A DNA stretch of 64,000 nucleotides from Octopus vulgaris (taxonomy: Eukaryota), in the NCBI GenBank assembly GCA_951406725.2, contig OX597823.1, positions 4,154,001 through 4,218,000 on the forward strand, in the 5' to 3' direction. Positions within the stretch are counted from its first letter, which is position 1. Each line of letters opens with the position of its first letter. Shown piece after piece: positions 41,301 through 53,300 of the stretch. The translations under genes and the position numbers were made by a program. Under the pieces are notes generated by a model. It saw nothing but the letters and a program-made list of their open reading frames with translations. It had not been told where the DNA came from and did not search any database.

Positions 41301-44300
41301 TGTTGAAACCTCACCAGAACCTTCCTCCAAAATGAGCCTAATTACAGCCATTGATGCCGGTCTGTTTGATCCTAACACTGGGAAGTTCACAGACTCCATG
41401 TCAGGACAGACCCTGACTCTGCCAGAAGCAGTTGATCGAGGTTTCATCAACGACCAGACTGCGATCTACGACTTGAAGGGGGAGAAGATGTTGACCCTCC
41501 AGGATGGCTGGAAAGAAGGCAAGATCGATAAAACGAGTGGGAAATTCATTGATGGAAACAAAGCATTCGACTTGAAGGATGCTGCCAAAGTTGGACTCAT
41601 TGCTGTGGCTGGTATTGCTGGAGCTCCAGTTATTGCTGGGAAAATGCTTTTTGATAAAGGAAAGCAATTAATAGGAAAATCTACCAGCAAAACAAGTTCT
41701 CCTGCCATTCCGGTTACAGTGGAAGCAACAAAGGGCAGTATTGTTGAACCTAATGTGGTTGAAGTTGTCAAAATTAAACAAGTGTCACCTGTCTCTGAAG
41801 ATGCAATGACATTGATGGAGGCAATATCAAGTGGGTTCTTGAATTCTAACACAGGAATGTACAAAATACCTTTCTCAGGAAATTCCATCACACTTAAAGA
41901 AGCTATTGACTCTGGTTATATTTTCCCGACATCAGGGTCTATAAATATTGCCGGTCGTACCTACACATTACAAGAAGCATTTGACCAAAATTTAATCAAT
42001 GCTACTGGACATTTTGTTGATCCCAGTAACAAAACCAAAAAGACATTGCATGATTTAATTAATAGCGGTGATTTGCAAGAGACACCGGTAGATAATCGTG
42101 CATCAAGTAAAATAACAATCAAGATGATTGATAAATTGTCTATTGATGAAGTACTTGATCCTTCAACTGGTGATTATATTGATCTGAAGACAGCGATTGA
42201 CAAGGATATTGTTAATGTTGAAAATGGAAGTTACCACAATCCGGTCACTGGACAAACTTTCTCCTTGGTCAATGCTCTGAGTTCTGGCTTTGTCCATGGC
42301 AACACACTTGACAATCTTGTATCAAGAGAGGAGAAATCCAAAGAGGGCTACACTGCTGCAGTTTCATTCTCTGAGCAGAAAGATGTCCATGTTTCTTCTG
42401 TGTTGGACCCAAATACAGGAGAAAAGATGCCACTTACTGAAGCAGTGGAAAAGAACATCTTAAACATACAAAAAGAAACCTTCACAAACCAGAAGACGGG
42501 TGAGCGCATGAGCATAAATGAGGCTCTCAGCAAAGGCTACATCTCTACAGAAGAAACAGATGATCAGCCTCCTAGCTCTCAACCAAGGGACGCTAAGAAA
42601 GACGTGACCGTCACAAAAAGACAATCAATTACAATAAGTCATGTGACTGACCCTGTCACACAAACAGTTCTTCCAATCAGTGATGCTGTAGAGAAAGGTT
42701 TGGTTGATGTTTCCGATGGTGTTCTTTTAAACAAATCCACTGGCGAACATATTGCATTGGCTGAAGCATACAAAAAGGGTTTGGTGAAAGGCTCAGCAGA
42801 GGGTTCCCCTGCTGATTTGACATACCCTGGCTCTGAAAAAACATTGAAAATTCAATCTGTTTATGACCCTAAACTGAAAGACTTTTTGTCCATTGAAGAT
42901 GCCAGTAAAAAGGACCTTATATGTTTGGAAAGTGGTACTTACACTGATGAAAATGGAGCGAAGATTTCTCTGTCTGAAGCAGTAAAGAAGGGCTATTGTA
43001 AAAGTGAACAAGATACCACTGATGTTTTGCCTCCTATTAAATTTATTGTTGATCCTCAAACTGGACGTCAACTAACTGTAACAGAAGCAATAGGACAAAA
43101 CATTGTTGATAAAAACTTGAGCACTTACAGAGACAAAACCACTGGTGATATATATCCAGTGTCAGAAGCTATTAAGAAAGATTTAGTAATGACTGTCGAA
43201 CCAGCAGGAAATTTTGTGGTTAGACCTGAGAAACAAGAATCCATTCAAATCACAGATGTTGTGGATACTCGTTCTGGTAAAACTTTGCCCCTCGATAAAG
43301 CTGTGAAAGCTGGATTGTTTGACCCTCAGAGGGGAGAAATGATTGATCAAATTACTGGAGAACGTCTGCCAATCGAGCAGGCTGTAACAAAAGGCTTAGT
43401 GAAAGTTACTCCAGTCTCACCGGATGTTCCAACTGCAAAATCTTTGAGTTCTTCCACCATTGTAAAAGACATTAAAACTGGCAAAAACTTAACTTCAGAA
43501 GAAGCCATAAATGCTGGTATTTTAGATCCAAAGAATAATCTGTTCAAGAATACAGCTACAGGAGAAACCATGCACTTATCCGAAGCTATTGAGAAAAACT
43601 TAGTTGCAGATATGAAGAAACCTAAGAAATGCGACATTCAAAAAGGCACAGCTCGCCATGTAAATGTGACGGCTGTTCTCAACACTACTACAGGAGAAGA
43701 ACTGACACTAGAAGAAGCCATTTCACAGAAAATTATTGACAGAGATGGGAAAACCTATTTGGACTCAAATTCTGGAGCTGTTCTCAGTATTGAGGACGCT
43801 ATGAAAGAAGGTTTCGTTTCTGGCTCTGTTCAGTCTGTGGTTACCACGAAGACCACAGTATCATCTCAGAAACCTGGAGTAACATATAACGTTATTGGAG
43901 CTGTTGATCCTGACAAGCAAGAAATGATAAGTACAGCTGATGCGTTTGAAAAGGGAATCTTAGACCCAGCTGGAAATTATGTTGACATTAAAACTAACAA
44001 CACCTTATCAATTACAGAAGCAATTCAAAAGGGATTTGTGAAAGCTGAAATTACTGAAGGTTCTGTTAAAAGAACAAAACCTGGATTAAAATTGAAAGAT
44101 GCTTTGGTTAAAGGTCTCGTGGATCGAAAAACTGGTAAATTCATTGATCCAGGTTCCAACAGTTACTATTCTGTTGATGAAGCTGTTTTATTAGGAATCT
44201 TATTGAATGACCAAGATGAACCTTTCCATTTCCCTGATAATTCCCGGTCACCAAAAGCATGTTCTTTCCAAGAGGCTATAAAAATAGGCCAAATAAACGT

Positions 44301-47300
44301 AAAAACTGGCTTATTCACACGACCTGAGAGCAAAACTGAATGCGATCTTCAGACTGCTGTTGATGAAGGCTATCTCTCTCCGAAACTACCGAGAGCCAAG
44401 AAGTCCCCAGTCGAATCAGTTGTGCTGCTGAAAAGCTCTGAACTTCCAGCCGATACAAAAACTGGCTCAAGCATAACTTTTAAACAAGCCCTCAATGATG
44501 GCCTCTTAGATGTGAACTGCCAACGATACCGGGATTCTGATAAAGGTTTAGATATGACCATAGAGGATGCTGTGAAAAGGGGTATTTTAAGTGATATGAC
44601 TACTGGAGACCCCATTACTTTTAATGATGCCTTTAAATCTGGACTGATTGATTCCTCATCTGGAACTTTCCGAAACCCTGTCACCAATGTTACTTTGTCA
44701 TTGGACGAAGCTTTCCAATGTGGATTTTTGGTACCTACTAGTTCTTCTCCATCTGCTAGCAATGGAAATATTCCTCCCAATGATGATAAACCTATTTCTT
44801 TGAGCAAAGCTTTGCAAGACGGTTATTTAGATGAGACAACAGGAAATTACACGGATCCTACAAGCCATGTAACTCTCTCTCTAGACAAAGCCCTTCAGCT
44901 AGGTTATATTGCCGCTAAAACAGACATTCCTCATGATGCAAAGCAAAAGGAACCATTCCGAAAAGGTCAATACATGACTGTCACAGAAGGTTCGCCTTTT
45001 AGTCCTGATCAAAGTGCCTATTATTCAAATGGAGAATTAATTTCAAAAAGTGCTACCGAAATCCAAACGGTAGCCACCAGTTCCACCTATATGGCAGTTC
45101 CTGGTTTCTACATTGATTCCAGCGGCAATGTTGTGAACAGTACCACAGGAGATTCGATTCCCCTCAAGGAAGCCGTAGCTGCTGGGCTCGTAACATCAGA
45201 AGCTGTTGAAGGAAGTAGTTTTCTTCAGGTAATTGGAGGGAAACCACTGCCAACTTTAGAAATTGAATCTCCGGAAACGGTAAGTACCCCTAATTCTGTG
45301 ATTTCCATTCTTTTGTCTTTTTTGTTTTTTAAAGTAATTTGTGTTGGATTTCACTTAGACTTCGTTACAGTTTAACAATTTTGTTTCATCATCCTTGTGA
45401 AATTCATCATCATCATCATCTTCCTATTTACTATCATTGCCATCATCATCACCATCATCAATAACATTACTATCATTATTTCTACTTTCATCATCATCAC
45501 CATCATCATGAGAAGGTAAGGTGTTAGATTTAGTGACTCATTGGTCATTAGTTTATAAATAGTTTTGATATTTAACTTTAATTAATTAAGTCTTCATTTT
45601 TAATTGCATCTTGCTGTTGTTATCATCAGTGATGGTCAAGGAAGAAACTGTAGAATGCCACAGTAAATGTCCTGCAGTATTTCGTAACAGTGTTTTATGT
45701 CCAAGACCATCCAGGGTCAAATTTACCATTCATCCCTCCAAAGTCGATTTGCTTATTTTATGTACTTCTATCAGAATTCACTCAATCAGCTCCTCTCTTT
45801 CCTATGTAGCAATGTAATGAATTATTGTTTAGTCCCGAGTGGCCACCACTGTAGAATTGAGACAACCTCCCATTTCACTCTATTTGTTTAGTCCCATGTA
45901 AAAGAAAGGAACAAAGATAGCGTCCACTTGTCAAGCTGTAGCAAAGATTGTCAGCGTAGGGAAAGAACTTTAAATAGAAGCTGATACAGCGGGGTCCAGA
46001 AGACTCCCTAGAACTGCTTTAGATGACCTCTCTGCTGTTGGTGCCATGATGATATGCACCCAATACATTCTGTAAAGTGATTTGGGATGGGGTGGGGTGG
46101 GGTGGGGTCACTTGACATATATAGCATATTGATTTCAAATTTTGGCACAAGGCCAGCAATTTTAGGGGAGTGAGTAAGTCAGTTATATCAACCCCAATGT
46201 TTAACTGGTACTTATTTTATTGACTCTGCAAGGATCTTGGAAGAATTTCACCTTGGCACAGGAAGATGGATGAAATGCTGTTGAGCATTTTTGCCCAGTG
46301 GCTTCAATAAGTCTGGCAACCTGCTGCCTTCAACAACAACATATGTTGTGTGTGTTGGATGGCACTGGGCTACCACAAGACACAGTGGAATGGTGCCATC
46401 CAGTTCATACTAGTATGGAAAACCAGGTAATGATGATGATTGAGGTCTTAATCCTTTTTTTGTCATTGTAATCAGGTGTTCAGCCAATACTGAAGAACAG
46501 GTGTAAACTCCTACCACACCTGATCTCTCACCTATCTCAAAATTCCTGGTTGTAGCATTTCACTTCAGAACTGTTTTTTTGGGGATGTCACAAATATATG
46601 ATCCATTGTATTTCCCCCATCTTTAACTCTCAATGGATGATCATACCACTTCTGTCAATCCTTCCATTTTTGCCTTCTTTTAGCTAAAAACAAGAATATC
46701 TTCAAGAATCTCTTTTTCTGTTTTAAGACTCAAATTGATAAGGTTGAATATCAGTGAGGAATTGGGGGTTGATTAACCCTTTAGCATTCAATCTGGTTAT
46801 ATCTGGCCCAAATATTCTCCCTCTTCTATCTTCCGACTGGCCAGAGCTGGCTTCTCGCATCAACCTTACAATGCAGTTCTAAAAATATACAAAATCCCAA
46901 AGTTACAAGATAATGCAGGATTAATTCAAAACAATGTGAATAGACAGTAATTTCCCTCTATATGTTACACAAACTTGAGACAAAATGATTTCATTGAAGT
47001 GTGTGGCTGTGTGACAAGAGGCTTGCTTCCCAACCACTTGGTTCTGGGTTCAGTCCCACTGCTTGGCACGTTAGGTGTCTTCTACAATAGCCAAAGCCTT
47101 GTGAGTGGATTTGGTAGATGGAAACTGAAGTAAGTCCGTGTGTCTTTGTGTTTGCACCCCCACCCCACCACCACCACCACTTGACAACCAATGCTGGTGT
47201 GTTTACGTTCCCATAACTTAGTGGTTCAGCAAAAGAGACTGATAGAATGAGTACCAGGCTAAAAATGGAAAACATAAGTACTGGGGTCAAATTGTTCGAC

Positions 47301-50300
47301 TAAGAATTCTTCAAGGTGATGCCCCAGCATGGCCACAGTCTAATGACTGAAACAAGATTATACACTCACACATTTAATAATAGTTCAATGGACTCTGTTT
47401 ATTTGAAGTATTTCTGACCCATTTAAAGTAATTTGTTGTCAGAGTTTATATTTTAATTAGCAATTTTTCTCTCTCAAATATAGACTCTCCCCTCTGCTGT
47501 TAGTGAAATATTTGCATATGAAAAACATATTTCTTGACCAGTCTATTTTAAATAGTTATTTCTTGGATTTTGTCACAGCAACAGTTAACAATAAGCTACT
47601 GTGTACTTTGGCTTGGCACCAGCTAATTCTAACCTCACCACTTTTTTTTTGTTTTTGTGTGTGTGTAGCCATTTTGAAACGTATCATTTCTATCTGTAAA
47701 ATATCTTGAGAAGCTTCATAAAAGAAAACATTTCTAATGAAGACATACGTTTCTTATTAATGGCTTTTCTGAGTTGGACATTTTACATTTGAATTTGTTT
47801 AGCAAAAACAAACAACAAGAATTATAATAATTAAAGATGTAGCAGTTAAAATTATGGCCAGATCTATTTTCACCTGGTGCTGTTACGAGATAACTCGATT
47901 ATGTCAGGTAGGTAACAGCTTAGCCACCCTGTTGCAACTATTAGTGAACTCATTGATATTTTCCTTTTCATTGGCAATTTCATTAATGTATTCTAACAGT
48001 TGTTTTATATTTTGTTTTATATTAAGACTTGTGATTTTAATCTTGTTCTGTTCACCCTAAGAAAGAAAACATCTTCCGTCATTTCATAATTTGCATATCT
48101 GCTTTTGTTTTTACATACATCACTCTTCAAATTTAAAAAATTTAACCGGTGTCATTTTAATATTATAGTGTGATCTTTTTTTTTCCCCCTTCCTGCCGAG
48201 GTCACCTTTGCCTTTCAATCCCTCGGAGTCGATATAATACCAGTTGAGTACTGAGGTCAATTTTATTGACTTAGCCTCTCCCCCCAAAATTTGAAATCAA
48301 ATCAGTATTATGAATAAATGTAAGGCAGCAAACTGGTAGAATTGTTACCATGATAGAAAAATGCCTAACAGCATTTCTTCCAGTACTTTATGTTCCGAGT
48401 TCAAATGCCATCAAGGTTCGCTTTGCCTTTCATCCGTTTAGGGTCAATAAAATCAAGTACAATTGATCACTGGAATCATCATAACTGACTTCTCTTTCCG
48501 TTCAAGAAATTGCTGGCATTGTGCCAAAATTAGAAAGAATAATATAAACTTGTCTCTTAGCATTGACTATGCACACACATTTTCCTGAACCTGTGAACTT
48601 CAGTTTTATTATTTGGTTAACGAAGGTGATGAGTTGGCAACATCATTAGTGTGTCAGACAAAGGCATTGCTTTGCAGCATTCATTCTGTTTACATTCTGA
48701 GTTCAAATCCTGCTGAGGTCAACTTCAGAGTTGATTAGACAAAGTACCAGTCATTTTCTGGGTGAATGTCATCAATTAACCCCACTCCCTTCTCAGTTAC
48801 TGGTATGGTACCTAAATTAGAAATGATTATTTGGTTAACCTTGTATTTACAAATTGCAACAGTCTTTATTTTTTATTCTTCATCATACGTATTGTTACAA
48901 CAAATAATGTCCTGTTTTAGGATATTAATTCTTTATTAAATTATTTAAAACTAGTCTAGGTGCAGGCCTGTCTGTGGTAAGAAGTTTCCATCTTGAGCTG
49001 GTGTCTTCTATTATATCCCAATCAAAGCCTTTTGTGGGTTTGGCAGGAGGAAACTGAAAGAAGCCTGTCATATTTGTGTGTGTGTTACTGTCTCCTTTCT
49101 TTGACATCATGTGATTGTGAAAAGCAAGTGCCACCATCATGTAAGAGATGTCTTTCGTTTCCAATTTTTCAAGACATGTCAGGTTACGGGGAAATAATAC
49201 CTTACTCAGAAACAGGTGAGGGTTGTCAACAGAAAGGACACCTGGCCATGGAAAACCTTCCTCAACAGATTCCATCTGACACATTCGAGCATGGAAAACT
49301 GGATGTTGAAATGATGACAGTGAGTCTAATAGTAACCAGACTTTATAAGACGCTGCTTCACCTGCATCTGTTCTGTGTCTGGGCAGGTTTCCTGCTAAAT
49401 GGCTCACCCAACCCTCACATGCGAAGGTCTGTGCTGATGTTAGGAAATTAATACTTCATTCTTGTGAAAATGTCCAATGTTGAATAGAGATGATCTTCAA
49501 TATTAAAATAGCTCCAAAAGCCGTGAGTTGGCAGAATCGTTAGCCTGCCAGGCAAAATGCTTTGTGGCGTTTTGTCATCTTTATGTTCTGAGTTCAAATT
49601 CTGCCAGGGTCAATTTTGCTTTTCATCCTTTTGGGGTCAATAAAATAAGTACCAGTTGAGCACTGAGGTTGATTCAATCAACTTATCCCCTCTCTTGAAA
49701 TTACTGACCTTGTGCCAAAAATTGAAACCAATATGAAAATAGCTCAGATGTTTGCCATATTTAATTTTCCTGCGTTCATTTGGAAAGATGTGTGGTGAGG
49801 TTTATGCCTTGTCTTGTATACAGTTGTAAAAATGGAAGAATAGTACTTCGTTTTTGTATTTTCTAATGCTTTCACTGGTGTGTGAGTTGACCTCTCATTG
49901 TTAGTGCATTTCTAAAAGCGAGATGGAGAGTGATAATTAATTTTGTGTGTTTTTTAAAGAGTAGTGGGTGTAAGGCAAGGTAATGCCTCATTCCATGTGC
50001 TTTTTATAGGTGCTGATGATTATGATAATGATGATGATGAAAGTTCATGTCATGTACTTCTCATAGGATAGCATAATACTTCATTCCATGTACTTTTATA
50101 AAAAGTGCTGTGGTGGCTTTCATTCCATGTTCATTAACTTTGAGTTTCTCTTTCATGTTGTTTATTAATTAAAAATTTTTTTTTTTCCATTTGGAGAGCA
50201 TCATTTTCATTGTTTCTTCCTTATTTTTTTTTCCATTCTTTTTTTGATCCTATATTAAGATATTTTGACCTACCATCACCATAAAAAACAATTCTAAGAC

Positions 50301-53300
50301 TATATTAACAAAACAAAGAACAAAATTCATCTGTACATATTTGTATTATATATTTATTGATTTATTTGCCTCTGTTTTTATTTAATTTAGAGTAGGTATG
50401 GATTTAATGACTCTTTGTTGAGATATAGATTCTAATTTTCAGGGTAAGAATATGCCTCCCAATCCAAAAGGTCAAGGTCTTTGTGAGAAATCTTCAACAG
50501 TTGTGACAAAAGAACAAAATCTGACAGGTTTTCACCATTCCATTCCAAATGGCTTTCATAGTTCCAATTCCTCCACCACAGACAGCAGTGAGGATATTGA
50601 TGAGCATCCTTACAGCTTTTCCCAATCAAATCTGAACGATCAATATATTACATCCTGTCCCGTTGTATCTGGTGATTGTCCCTATGTGTCCAATCTCGAC
50701 TGCTATTGCAAGAACTTTATTAAAGGATTTTGGGATCCTCTTAGTTGTAAATTTGCTCACCCATCTCATATGGAATTACTCAACCTTCACCAAAGTTTAG
50801 AATCTGGTTTACTCTATGGACCTAGCGTGACTCTTCGTTTGGACCCCTCATCTTCGATTAGTTTAGAGCAAGCTATTCTATCAGGACAGGTTCACATCGA
50901 TAATGGAAACTTAATCGTTAGTAACAGTAATTTGCAATATTCTCTGGCATCGGCTTTCAAAGAAAGAATTATTTGTTTGGAACACCCTGAAATAAAGGAA
51001 TCAGAGTTTTTCCAATTTCGTAATAAAATTGGTCCTGGTTTATTTGACCTTATCAAGACAGGGTCTGCTACAGCAGCAACCAGAATATTAGATGTGAAAA
51101 ACCAAGAATTTATTAATCTCGCCACTGCTAACGACAGACATCTGTTTGATATTCAGACTGGGCAGATTCAGAATTCTTCATTGAAGAAATGGCTGGACTG
51201 GAATGAAGCCCTGCAAAAAGGTTTTATAGTTGACAAGATTGAAACCTCCATTGCTGATCTGGTACACGAAGGAAATTTTGATAGTTCCAATTATTTGTTT
51301 AAGGAAAGCACCACAGGAAAATGGTATACTCTGGATGAGATGATAAGTTTTCAATATTTGAGCCTATATTCTGAAGAAGTTGTAAATACAAAATCCAATC
51401 AAATCGTTTCAATAAGGGAAGCTTTCTGTGAAAATATTCTCCATTCAAATACTGTTGGCTGTTTTTATCTTGATCTGAATAAGAATAGGCAACTAACTAT
51501 CACTGAAGCTGTAAACAAAGAATTCTTAATCTCCCGTAAGCTTAAAATGTTGCTTCATGAACAACCCCAACGTCATGAACAACTCCAACACAATCCGTCT
51601 GATGTAATTTTGAATTCAAATTTTACAACTGATAATATTCAGCTTAACTCTGATAAAATTACTACATCGCCATCTCTGCGAAGACGCTCTTCAATGCCAA
51701 CTCTTTCTTCCAAAAGAAGAACATCAGTCTCCACTCTGAGAAGAGAAAGTCTGTCTTTATGTACCCCTCTCTTGGCAGAAAATGCTGACAATTCAGTGAC
51801 TTTAGATGAGGCTATCCTTACTGGCCTGTACAACCCAATAAAAAATACTGTGACTTACCCATCAAATGAATCCGTTCCTTTATCAACTGCTATAGATGAT
51901 GGATTTATAAGAATGGAATCTCTCGTTAGAGACCCTGTAAGTTGGGATGTGATGATTCTTAATGAAGCCATATCCAAACGGCTTATTGATGTGGATTCTG
52001 GTAAAATGATGGATGCTCAAAGTCAAGCTATTGCTTTGAACTTTGCCCTTGAGAAAGGGTTGATTGTGAGATGCCGTTCACCATTAAAATTATCTCTCAC
52101 TGAAATGTTTGATGAACTTTTCAATGAAGATACTAATCTGTTTCTAAATCCAAACACTAATGAAGAAATTTCATTTTCTGATGCAATCAATATTGGATTG
52201 ATTGATATTGATCTGGTACGAGTGCGGAATGATGATGGTGAAGCTTGTAGCTTCAGTTCTGCTCTCGAAAATAACTTGTTCAATGCTGAAAGGTCAGAGT
52301 TATCCTATCGAGGGACTGAATACTCTTTGATTGAGGCCATAGATAAAGGATTGATTCTTGATATTTCCTCACAGCCGGGCCTTACACTTCAGGAAGCTTT
52401 TGAAGAAGGAATTTATGATCCTCGTAAAAAGAGATTTGCTGATCCCTCTTCCTCACTCCCAAGTTCGTTTATGAATGCTTTAGAATTTGGACTTCTAGAC
52501 AAAAATTCTATCACTGTTCGAGATGTAAATTCTCAAACTCTTTTAACTGTGAGTGGTGGAATTCTACAGGGGATTATAAGTGCTTCTGATGGTTCCTACA
52601 TTACACCTTCAAAATGTTACCCTCTAGAAGAAGCAATACGCAAAGGTTTAATTCTTCAAGATAAAGGTACACCAGAAATTACTCCTATAGAAGCTGTTAA
52701 ACTTGGTATCTATAATCCAGAATCCTGTAAATTTATGAATCCAAAATCAGGAAAGATTGAAAATTTGCAGGAAGCTGTGAGCAGTGGTTTACTAATGATT
52801 GATCAAATTACAATTAAACATGAAGATCATTTTCTGACCATTGATGAAGCGGTTCAAAAGGGAATTTTGAATGTTGAAGATGTTAAGATTAAGTCTAATG
52901 GTAAAGATCTTGACTTGAAAGAAGCTGTTGATGCTGGCATCATCAGACTTGCCACGGACCAATCTGCAGTTGGTCTTGTCACTGCTATTCAATCTGGCTT
53001 TTTTGATCAGGATTTAAAGAATGTTATTGATCCAATATCAGGAAAACAAATTGATATTCAAGATGCTATAGATATTGGGTTGATAAATTCAAAGCTAACA
53101 TTAGTGAAAAAATCCAGCAACGAATCTTTTTCACCATTAAATCAAGCCATTGATCAAGGCTGGTTTGACAGTGTAAAAGGGACTCTTTGTAATTCTGAGG
53201 GGTCTTGTGTTGATCTTTCTACAGCCCTTAGTAATAATCTTATATCAGATATCTCAAATAACATTAGTCTGAATGAGGCTATTGAGCTGGGATTTTTCCA

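Noticed and set aside
45385-45510. (CAT)n tract after giant exon 1 as a Nova/YCAY enhancer
   Set aside because: (CAT)n/(GAT)n tracts are common throughout the window as repeat tails, so its position is not informative alone.
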